Shown one piece after another: positions 1-6,517 of a stretch of 12,426 nt of DNA (position 1 is its first letter; every line of letters starts with the position of its first letter). The notes under the pieces were generated by a model. The model had not been told where the DNA came from and did not search any database. It worked only from the letters and a program-made list of their open reading frames with translations. Origin of the DNA: an uncultured Nitrososphaerota archaeon (lineage in GTDB: Archaea > Korarchaeota > Korarchaeia > Korarchaeales > Korarchaeaceae); the NCBI GenBank assembly GCA_964480775.1, contig CAYZRF010000035.1, positions 1 through 12,426 on the forward strand. The letters run 5' to 3'. Both the position numbers and the translations under genes were made by a program.

Positions 1-2
1 AA

Positions 3-104
3 GGCTTCATTCCAGAAGAGGAATCTAGAAGAGTATATGACCATTTATTTCACCTCTACAAGCGATCCTATGATGTTCTCAAAGAGATACTCCACAGTCT
101 ATGA
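3..104 (+). CDS. 3'-terminal fragment (33 codons + TGA) of a gene entering from the left edge. The product cannot be assigned; the tail is weakly reminiscent of FGGY-type sugar kinase C-termini.
   Basis: Frame 3 translates to GFIPEEESRRVYDHLFHLYKRSYDVLKEILHSL* with TGA at 102-104 and host-like codon usage (AGA Arg). It is absent from the ORF track because there is no start in the window. Frame 1 is also open to 180, but its S/T/Y/F-rich translation looks non-coding. Confidence 0.35.
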   Translation, partial: GFIPEEESRRVYDHLFHLYKRSYDVLKEILHSL

Positions 105-356
105 TCCTTTTGAATGTCTAACCCCTTTTCTCAGAGAATCTCTTACCTATTATTGGCAGAGTTCCGAACGATCCCTATGAGATGAGAATTTTTCACGAAC
201 AATCTTTATCGTACTAGTTCAGCATCCTATGGGGAGGAAATCCCACCATATACAATCTTTCATGGGAAAACAAGATTGTGGTCCATACAAGAATTTACTC
301 ATAGAATCGGATTGACAATGGTCCTAATTCTAGTCTTCATGCCTAAAAAGAAAAGA

Positions 357-372
357 TCTTGAGGTCTTGAGT
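357..372. repeat. Tandem 8-mer direct repeat (tcttgagg / tcttgagt) inside the long ORF-free spacer.
   Basis: Read directly: two adjacent copies that differ only at the last base. Function is unknown. Confidence 0.5.
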
Positions 373-486
373 TATTTGATGAGTGGTTTTGTACTGAGCA
401 GATTAAGCTGCAGTTATCCGATATTAGATTAAAGTAATAAATCAGGAGAGAGGAGAACAGTTGGATCTTTTATACAAATTTTTAAG

Positions 487-494
487 TTATAAAA
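487..494 (+). promoter_or_regulatory. TATA-box-like element (ttataaaa) for the 517 gene. Its spacing implies a leaderless or near-leaderless mRNA.
   Basis: This A/T box is centred about 26 nt upstream of GTG 517. No SD motif lies between it and the start. Confidence 0.45.
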
Positions 495-516
495 AGAAGA
501 AGAGAAGTTAGCTAGG

Positions 517-1056
517 GTGGGAAAAGTGGGAAAGTCGACTCTTATTGCTGTTGTCATAATAATCATCCTTGTTGCCATAGGCGGGTTTTACAGCTATCAA
601 CAGATGACTAAACCTAAGAGTCCAACCGGGGAAGTTGTTCTGAAGGTTAAGGGGAAGATAACGAGAACCAATGTAGGTAATGAGTATCACTTTGATCTAG
701 CCATGCTTGAGAAGATGATAGACACAGAGTTTGATTGGGAGTGTCCGTGGTTCGGCAAATATCATTGGGAAGGAATATCTCTAGTTACACTTCTTAAGGA
801 ATTGGGTGTTCCTGATGACGCTAAGTACATCAAGTTCACTGCTAAGGATGGAGTAACTGCTGAATATCCGATAAGCATGCTGAAAGAGCATCCCAACATA
901 ATTCTAGCAATAAAAATGGACGGTGAATACATACCTGACGATAAAGTTGGTCCTCTGAGGGTTGTAATCCCTTATGATCAGTATCCAGAACTTGAAGAGG
1001 ACTATCCTCCATTCCCCTTCACAGTTGGATGGATTATAGAGGCAGAGGTTGGCTAA
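517..1056 (+). CDS. Membrane-anchored protein with a SUOX/YedY-type molybdopterin-oxidoreductase-like domain (179 aa).
   Basis: The N-terminal hydrophobic anchor is STLIAVVIIIILVAIGGFY. The domain pattern is ...FDWECPWFGKYHWEGISLVTLLKELGV...IKFTAKDGVTAEYPISML...ILAIKMDGEYIP...GPLRVVIPY. This matches the family signature C-x-x-W...W-x-G-[VI]-x-L..LL...G......F.A.DGY....L......L......G..L....G.P.R.V.P. Start is GTG (a second in-frame GTG lies at 526). Confidence 0.65.
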   Translation: MGKVGKSTLIAVVIIIILVAIGGFYSYQQMTKPKSPTGEVVLKVKGKITRTNVGNEYHFDLAMLEKMIDTEFDWECPWFGKYHWEGISLVTLLKELGVPDDAKYIKFTAKDGVTAEYPISMLKEHPNIILAIKMDGEYIPDDKVGPLRVVIPYDQYPELEEDYPPFPFTVGWIIEAEVG

Positions 1057-1089
1057 TCTTTTCCTCCTTCTATTTTTTCTTTTTTACTT
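1057..1089 (+). terminator. Oligo-T tracts typical of archaeal intrinsic termination, downstream of the 517-1056 gene.
   Basis: tctttt is followed by tattttttcttttttactt (T6-C-T6 at 1073-1085), immediately after stop TAA 1054-1056. Confidence 0.5.
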
Positions 1090-1206
1090 CTATCTAGTGT
1101 AGGACTCAGAGAGGTTAGATCTTATTTTTACCGGGGTTAAATGTGTAATCTGATGCATCTCCAGTCTAACTCTTCGTTATAACACTATAATATTCTCCTA
1201 GAGCGA

Positions 1207-1223
1207 GGGTTTGCATTAAACCC
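1207..1223. promoter_or_regulatory. Perfect 6-bp-arm inverted repeat GGGTTT-gcatt-AAACCC abutting the ECF-operon TATA box. Candidate operator, or BRE-overlapping regulator site.
   Basis: The palindrome was read directly. It ends one base before the A/T box at 1224. Confidence 0.35.
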
Positions 1224-1234
1224 ATAAAAATTTA
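1224..1234 (+). promoter_or_regulatory. TATA-box-like element (ataaaaattta) for the ECF operon.
   Basis: The A/T box lies about 50 nt upstream of ATG 1282, which predicts a 5'UTR of about 25 nt. A second A/T-rich candidate (tataatatt) lies near 1186-1195. Confidence 0.4.
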
Positions 1235-1281
1235 TCATTTGCTTGTGGTGTTGCCTATCGTAGGATCAAGTTATCTTCTTT

Positions 1282-3018
1282 ATGGAGGGGTTGGAGCTGG
1301 CAAAGGATGCAATTGTCGTTGATAAACTCACCTACTATTATCCTCATTCAGAGGAGCCAGCTCTCAAAGGAATTAATCTAAAGGTGAAACAAGGAGAAAT
1401 AGTTACCATAATGGGACATACTGGGTGTGGGAAGAGTACTTTATGTCTGACCTTCAACGGGGTAATCCCTCACGCTATTGGAGGGGATCTTGAGGGAAAA
1501 GTGGTTATTGACGGTCTAGATGTTATGGAGCATGACATATCAGAGCTAGCTAGGAGGGTGGGCATGGTCTTCCAAGATCCAGAAACCCAGTTATTTTCTG
1601 TTACAGTCAAGTCTGAAGTGGCGTTTGGTCCTGAGAACTTGATGCTCCCAAGAGAGGAAATAATAGAAAGGGTTGACTGGGCTCTTGAGGCTACAAGACT
1701 TAAAGGTTATGAGGAAAGAGCTCCCACAAAGCTTTCTGGAGGGGAAAAACAGCAAGTTGCCCTAGCAGCTGCCATGGCGATGAGGCCCAAGATATTAGTT
1801 TTAGATGAGCCTACATCAGAGCTTGATCCTGTAGGGACCAGGAAGATCTTCTCACTAATAAAGGAATTGAACGAGAGGTATGGAATTACTTTCGTCATAA
1901 TAGAGCATAAAGAAGAAGCAGTTAGGCTCTCAGATAGGATAATTTTGATGAAGGATGGAAAAGTAATAGGAGAAGGAAGGCCTCCAAGGGTTTTTTCTGA
2001 AATAGTCTCTGTGAAAGAATCAAGGGTGAGGGTTCCTCAGATATCTCAGCTCTTTTACAAACTGAAGGAAAGGGGTCTGGACATTGGAAGGCTTCCCTTA
2101 TCAACAGAGGAAGCATATCGTATCCTGAAAGATCTTCTTAATAAAGAGAAAGTAGAGGATCTCCCTGTAGAAGCAAGTAAAAGAGATATCGAATCTCAAC
2201 CAGTGATAAGAACCAAAGATCTGTTTTTCCAGTACAAAAACGGACCTGTAGCTCTTAAAAGGATAAATTTAGAGGTATATCAAGGGGAGTTTACTGCCAT
2301 AATAGGTCAGAACGGGGCCGGGAAGACTACTCTCGCAAAACACTTCAATGGACTCCTTAAACCAACGAAGGGAGACGTAATAATAGACGGTATGAATACA
2401 AAAGACGCCCTCATCACGGATTTAGCTAAGACCGTTGGTTTCGTTTTTCAGAATCCAGATCATCAATTTTTCTCGTTTACCGTAGAGGAGGAAGTGGCAT
2501 TTGGGCCAAGAAACTTAGGACTTAGTGAAGAGGAGGTTAAGAGCAGAGTTGATGAAGCTCTAAGGATGGTAGGGTTAGAGCAAATGCGAAACAGACATCC
2601 CTTCACCCTTAGTAGAGGGCAAAGGCAGAGATTGGCAGTAGCATCGGTTCTAGCGATGCATCCTAAGATCATAGTGCTTGATGAGCCCACCACAGGGCAA
2701 GATGAGGTTGCAATAAACCAGATTATGACCTTAGTAAACAAGTTGAGGAGAGAAGGAAGGACGATTCTGATGATAACCCATGATATGTCCATAGTGACTA
2801 AATATGCAGAAAGGACGATTGTGCTATGCCAGGGAGAGGTGCTCTTAGATGGTCTGACTAGGGAAGTTTTTTCCCATCCAGAGATACTAGAGAAAAGCCA
2901 CATTGACATCCCTCCGATAATGAAGCTAGCTAGGATGTTGTCCGATTATGGAATTCCTAGCAATGTCCTTACGGTAGAGGAGATGTGCGATATGATAATA
3001 AGAAAGGCAGGTGGATGA
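1282..3018 (+). CDS. ecfA: ECF-transporter energizing ATPase with two fused ABC domains (EcfA-EcfA' / CbiO-type duplicated ATPase, 578 aa).
   Basis: Domain 1 has Walker A GHTGCGKST, Q-loop VFQDPETQLF, signature LSGGEKQQV, Walker B ILVLDEPTSELD and H-loop IIEH. Domain 2 has GQNGAGKTT, VFQNPDHQFF, LSRGQRQRL, IIVLDEPTTGQD and MITHD. Both halves end with the EcfA-type C-terminal helix (VPQISQLFYKLKERGLD...STEEAY and IPPIMKLARMLSDYGIP...TVEEMC). Confidence 0.95.
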   Translation: MEGLELAKDAIVVDKLTYYYPHSEEPALKGINLKVKQGEIVTIMGHTGCGKSTLCLTFNGVIPHAIGGDLEGKVVIDGLDVMEHDISELARRVGMVFQDPETQLFSVTVKSEVAFGPENLMLPREEIIERVDWALEATRLKGYEERAPTKLSGGEKQQVALAAAMAMRPKILVLDEPTSELDPVGTRKIFSLIKELNERYGITFVIIEHKEEAVRLSDRIILMKDGKVIGEGRPPRVFSEIVSVKESRVRVPQISQLFYKLKERGLDIGRLPLSTEEAYRILKDLLNKEKVEDLPVEASKRDIESQPVIRTKDLFFQYKNGPVALKRINLEVYQGEFTAIIGQNGAGKTTLAKHFNGLLKPTKGDVIIDGMNTKDALITDLAKTVGFVFQNPDHQFFSFTVEEEVAFGPRNLGLSEEEVKSRVDEALRMVGLEQMRNRHPFTLSRGQRQRLAVASVLAMHPKIIVLDEPTTGQDEVAINQIMTLVNKLRREGRTILMITHDMSIVTKYAERTIVLCQGEVLLDGLTREVFSHPEILEKSHIDIPPIMKLARMLSDYGIPSNVLTVEEMCDMIIRKAGG

Positions 3019-3841
3019 GATGTCTCTTGTTCACTATTATCCCGGGGATTCTTTTTTTCACAAGTTAGATCCTAGAGTGAAGATGCTCTGGCTAGCATGC
3101 ATGTTCGTTTTATCCTTCATCTTCAACCATCCGTTACATCTAGGAGTTCTCTTCATTAGCGTCCTTTTCCTCTGGATATACATGAAGATCCCCTTCTCAG
3201 AGTTAAAGCTCTTCTTCAAGGCTCTGACAATAGTGGCAATAGTTACCTTCTTCTTTCAACTTCTCTTCTACCCAGGAGAACACGCCATCGTATCCTTCTC
3301 CATCCCTAGGTGGATTCCTTACTTCGGAGGAGTCACCGCTATAACGATTGAGGGTCTTGTAAACGGAATAGCCATGGTCCTGAGGCTATTCATAATCGTA
3401 CTTACAATGCCAGTGATTACCATGTCCACCTCCCTAGAGCACCTCATCATAAGCCTGATAAGGATGGGAATGCCCTATGAAATAGCATTTGCAGCTACAA
3501 CCGCCTTAAACCTAGTTCCAGTACTTCAGTCAGATGCTCTGAAGATAATAGATGCCCAGAAGGCTAGGGCTTTTACAGCATTGGAGAGGGGGAGTTTTAA
3601 AGATAAAATAAAGGCTTACGTCCCCCTAATCGTCCCTCTTATGGTTGGCTCTCTTAAGAAGGGTCAACAACTTGAGGTTGCCATGGAGTCAAGGGCATTT
3701 GGAGCATATGAGAGTAGGACCTACCTAACAGAGATAAGAATGCGATCCATAGATTATGTTTTTGCCGCATTCTTCGTCATTATTACGATTCTCTGCCTTG
3801 CCTTGAGGATCTTGAAAGGATTCGGGGCTTTCAGATTGTAA
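3011..3841 (+). CDS. ecfT: ECF-transporter transmembrane coupling component EcfT (CbiQ family, 276 aa).
   Basis: The protein is polytopic and hydrophobic. It carries the two conserved coupling-helix Ala-Arg motifs (DAQKARAF and AMESRAF). GTG 3011 overlaps the ecfA stop by 8 nt. An in-frame ATG at 3020 is an alternative start. Confidence 0.9.
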   Translation: MDEMSLVHYYPGDSFFHKLDPRVKMLWLACMFVLSFIFNHPLHLGVLFISVLFLWIYMKIPFSELKLFFKALTIVAIVTFFFQLLFYPGEHAIVSFSIPRWIPYFGGVTAITIEGLVNGIAMVLRLFIIVLTMPVITMSTSLEHLIISLIRMGMPYEIAFAATTALNLVPVLQSDALKIIDAQKARAFTALERGSFKDKIKAYVPLIVPLMVGSLKKGQQLEVAMESRAFGAYESRTYLTEIRMRSIDYVFAAFFVIITILCLALRILKGFGAFRL

Positions 3842-3881
3842 GACTTATTAGTTTTCGCTTGGTTCCTCTATAGGTGACTGG

Positions 3882-4622
3882 ATGGTTAGAAGAAGAGGTA
3901 GAATAGCAGAAGTTCATGTGGCTTACATAGCGATTTCGGCAGCTGTTGTCACTGCCGCCGCTTACATACCAATGTTTCCAGTTATAGGAGCTGGCTCTAT
4001 GATGAGCGCTGGTATGATAGTCGTTCCGTTGGTCGGGATATTGTTAGGCCCGACAGCAGGAACTTTGGCGGTAGCGATAGGGGCTTTTCTGGGGCAGATA
4101 GTGGCTCCTTATGGGGCTATATTTGGTTTAATAACGTTCTTGTGCCCTATGACTAATGCCTTTGTGACCAGCCTGTTAGCATTTAGGAAGTGGAAAGAGG
4201 GAGTTTGCGCATTAGGGCTTACGATATTGATGTGGTATGTGATTACCAGCATTAAATGGGCTGGAGATCCTTACGCCTCAGTAAGGTGGTATTTTCCCTT
4301 CTTACATCTAGCCTCGTTTGCTTCCCTTCTGATCATGAGGGGTAAGATTGGTGAGTGGATTGAAGGCCTTGATCCAAAGAAAGTTCCTATAGGAATATTT
4401 CTGTCTGCATTGGCAGGTTTATTGGCTGAGCACATGGTTGGAAACGCTATATATGTGGGAATATATTCAGGCCCAGCCAGGGTATATGCGTTTGTCCTTT
4501 CCATCTATTGGATTGAGAGGCTACTCGGAGCTATTGGAGCGACGCTTGTCGGAACCCCCTTGCTTATAGCTCTATACAAGGCTAGAGTAGAAATTGGGCC
4601 CTGGTCTCTTAGAGAAGGTTGA
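3882..4622 (+). CDS. Integral membrane protein, probably the substrate-specific S component of the ECF transporter (246 aa). Specificity is unknown.
   Basis: It lies 40 nt after ecfT, with SD AGGTGA 4 nt upstream of the ATG. It has multiple hydrophobic helices and a small-residue-rich first helix containing AxxxA motifs (AISAA, AVVTA), the type used for EcfT docking. I recognised no match to a named S-component family. Confidence 0.6.
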   Translation: MVRRRGRIAEVHVAYIAISAAVVTAAAYIPMFPVIGAGSMMSAGMIVVPLVGILLGPTAGTLAVAIGAFLGQIVAPYGAIFGLITFLCPMTNAFVTSLLAFRKWKEGVCALGLTILMWYVITSIKWAGDPYASVRWYFPFLHLASFASLLIMRGKIGEWIEGLDPKKVPIGIFLSALAGLLAEHMVGNAIYVGIYSGPARVYAFVLSIYWIERLLGAIGATLVGTPLLIALYKARVEIGPWSLREG

Positions 4623-4643
4623 GTTGTGGCAGGTTAAACTAAA

Positions 4644-5657
4644 TTGAATGTTATAAAGAGCATTTACGAGAAAGCTCTCGGTACTCTCGCTGCCTTAGCG
4701 ATAGGAGATGCAATGGGCATGCCAGTTGAAATGCTTTCATTGGAGGAGATAAAGGAGATATATGGTGTAATAGAGGGGCTCGAGAAACCTCCCTCATGGC
4801 ACATCCACAGTTCGTTTCCGCCTGGGAGGGTTACCGACGACACAGAGTTAACTCTGCTCCTAGCAAATGCTATCATTAGAACAGGTGGGGATTTAAAGGC
4901 TGAGGACTTCGCCGTTGAGCTGCGAAAGTGGGCAAAAAGTGGGGCATTTAACCTTGACTACATCGGACCAGCCACTAGAAAAGCTCTGAAGAAGTTAGTC
5001 AGGGGGGTTTCCCCAAGAGAGTCTGGAGGGAGGGGAAGTACTTGTGGAGCGGCAATTAGGGTATCTCCTGTAGGCATAGTAAACGCGTGCAATTTTAAGG
5101 CTGCTGCTTTGATGGCTGCCGAATCATCTCTTCCTACTCATGGAGGTAAACCTGCGTTAGCAGGGGCCTCAGCAATAGCTTCGGCCATAGCTGAAGCTAT
5201 GAGGGAAGGAAGTACAGTAGATTCTATCGTCAGAGCTGCTATTTTAGGATCTAAAATTGGAGAGAAGTTTGGAAGACCAGTTCCTTCAGCATCAGTATCA
5301 AAGAGAATTGAGCTTGCTGCATGTATCTCTAATAAAATAGATGATCCTGAAAAAGCTTCCTTAGAAATACGGGACATAATAGGCACAGGTATGGAAACCG
5401 CAGAGGCTGTACCAGCCGCCATTGGGATCTTCATCGCCAGCAGAGGAGATCCAATGAAGGCCATACACCTAGCGGTGAACTTAGGAGGGGACACTGATTC
5501 CGTGGCATCTATGGCTGGAGCGATCTCTGGTGCGTGGAAAGGGATTCAAGCAGTGGACAGGAAGATACTTAAAGAAGTTGAGGATGTAAATGGTCTTAAT
5601 CTAGAGGATTTGGCAATGAAGCTTGCAAATATAGCTTTGAGAAAGCTAAGAACATGA
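4644..5657 (+). CDS. ADP-ribosylglycohydrolase (ARH/DraG) family hydrolase (337 aa).
   Basis: The N-terminal signature is LGTLAALAIGDAMGMPVE. The metal-ligand motifs are VTDDTELT and NLGGDTDSVASMAGAISGAW. The start must be TTG 4644 because the next ATG falls inside the conserved GDAMG motif. The gap to the S component is only 21 nt. Confidence 0.9.
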   Translation: MNVIKSIYEKALGTLAALAIGDAMGMPVEMLSLEEIKEIYGVIEGLEKPPSWHIHSSFPPGRVTDDTELTLLLANAIIRTGGDLKAEDFAVELRKWAKSGAFNLDYIGPATRKALKKLVRGVSPRESGGRGSTCGAAIRVSPVGIVNACNFKAAALMAAESSLPTHGGKPALAGASAIASAIAEAMREGSTVDSIVRAAILGSKIGEKFGRPVPSASVSKRIELAACISNKIDDPEKASLEIRDIIGTGMETAEAVPAAIGIFIASRGDPMKAIHLAVNLGGDTDSVASMAGAISGAWKGIQAVDRKILKEVEDVNGLNLEDLAMKLANIALRKLRT

Positions 5658-5676
5658 TCTAAAGTAGAATAATCTG

Positions 5677-6402
5677 TTAACTTTTCCCATGTATGAGTTT
5701 AGCTAACGATTTAACGATAGTTTCTGGGTTCTCCGTTTGCCAAATATTCCTTCCAAATGCTATTCCTCGAGCTCCAGCATCAAGCGCATCCTTTACCATC
5801 GAAAAGAGTTTTTCATTGCTTTCGATCTTCGGACCACCAAGTATGACAATCGGTCTTGGGCAAGATTCCACCACTTTAGCGAAGGACCTCTTATCTCCTG
5901 TGTAGAATGTCTTAACGAAGTCTGCTCCAGCTTCAGCTGCTATACGTGAGACTTTTGCAATTATCTCTGCGTTATACCTATCCTTTGTCTTTGGATACAT
6001 CTCGGCCATGAGTGGAAGACCCCATTCCTCGCATATTATGGCCAACTCGCACAAAGAGTTGATGTTCTCGACTTCTTCAGGCACATGCGTGAATACCATT
6101 ATCTTGATCGCATCTGCTCCAAGTCTAATGGCTTCCTTCACAGCTTCCTCATAATCAACTAGTCCACTACTAATGCTCATTATAGTCGAGACTTTACCTG
6201 CCACTTCTGAGGACGCCATCCTTAGAATTCCTGGGTTCAGCATGAGGGCATCTGCTCCTCCTTTTATCACCCTTTCGATAGTTCTTATAGGATTCTCTAT
6301 GCCAGGTAAAGGACCAAGCGCTATGCCGTGATCCATGGCTACTATTAGAGTTCTTCCATCCTCCCTAAAGATCCTCCCTAACCTTATCTCTTTTCCCGCC
6401 AA
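5677..6402 (-). CDS. Class I aldolase of the DhnA/FbaB (DeoC/LacD-fold) family (241 aa). It could be an archaeal FBP aldolase or an ADH synthase (AroA')-type enzyme; the two cannot be told apart by eye.
   Basis: LIVAMDHGIALGP, GADAIKIMVF, PLMAEMYP, Schiff-base-lysine motif GADFVKTFYTGD, ILGGPK and IAFGRNIWQ give close overall resemblance to the Methanocaldococcus MJ0400-type family. The TTG start is preceded by AGGTGAT (6406-6412) with 3 nt spacing. Confidence 0.85.
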   Translation of the reverse strand: MAGKEIRLGRIFREDGRTLIVAMDHGIALGPLPGIENPIRTIERVIKGGADALMLNPGILRMASSEVAGKVSTIMSISSGLVDYEEAVKEAIRLGADAIKIMVFTHVPEEVENINSLCELAIICEEWGLPLMAEMYPKTKDRYNAEIIAKVSRIAAEAGADFVKTFYTGDKRSFAKVVESCPRPIVILGGPKIESNEKLFSMVKDALDAGARGIAFGRNIWQTENPETIVKSLAKLIHGKS

Positions 6403-6429
6403 CCTATCACCTGAATAGTTAAGCCTTAG

Positions 6430-6438
6430 TTATTTTTA
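6430..6438 (-). promoter_or_regulatory. Possible TATA-like box (TAAAAATAA on the - strand) upstream of the aldolase gene.
   Basis: The A/T box is centred about 32 nt upstream of TTG 6402. That spacing would place the TSS inside the SD, so the gene may instead (or also) be read through from the upstream deaminase gene. Confidence 0.3.
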
Positions 6439-6517
6439 GCCTTCGCCCTCTCCTTCTGGACAGTCAAGAAAAGCTCTAGGGGCTATTTTTAGTTTACAGT
6501 TCATAGTACAATCTTAA

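Noticed and set aside
377-397. Possible archaeal C/D-box sRNA (TGATGA, then an 11-nt spacer, then CTGA).
   Set aside because: Only a C/D'-like half is present. There is no C' box (UGAUGA) or terminal D box at the expected spacing of about 12 nt, and no terminal stem. It remains a minor note within the spacer finding.
1090-1281. Riboswitch upstream of the ECF operon, since ECF importers are often riboswitch-controlled in bacteria.
   Set aside because: The predicted TATA at 1224-1234 leaves a leader of only about 25 nt. I recognise no conserved riboswitch cores (TPP, FMN, cobalamin, SAM, preQ1), and riboswitches are rare in archaea. A DNA operator at 1207-1223 is the better reading.
2463-2909. 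148-aa - strand ORF inside ecfA, together with the smaller - strand ORFs at 1707-1898 and 1922-2116.
   Set aside because: These lie antisense to a motif-dense ABC ATPase gene. Their translations are low-complexity S/L/T-rich with no start context. They are classic shadow ORFs.
4271-5494. - strand ORFs at 4271-4504, 4664-4876 and 5138-5494 (the last is 118 aa and Ala-rich).
   Set aside because: They lie antisense to the S-component and ARH genes, whose sense frames carry clear family motifs. The Ala/Ser/Pro-rich composition is the mirror image of the GC-rich codons opposite. There is no SD or TATA.
5655-5679. Convergent ARH and aldolase genes end only 19 nt apart with no hairpin or strong T-tract.
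   Set aside because: Tight convergent gene ends are common in compact archaeal genomes, and termination can occur at T-runs inside the opposing gene. Nothing further is visible in the sequence.
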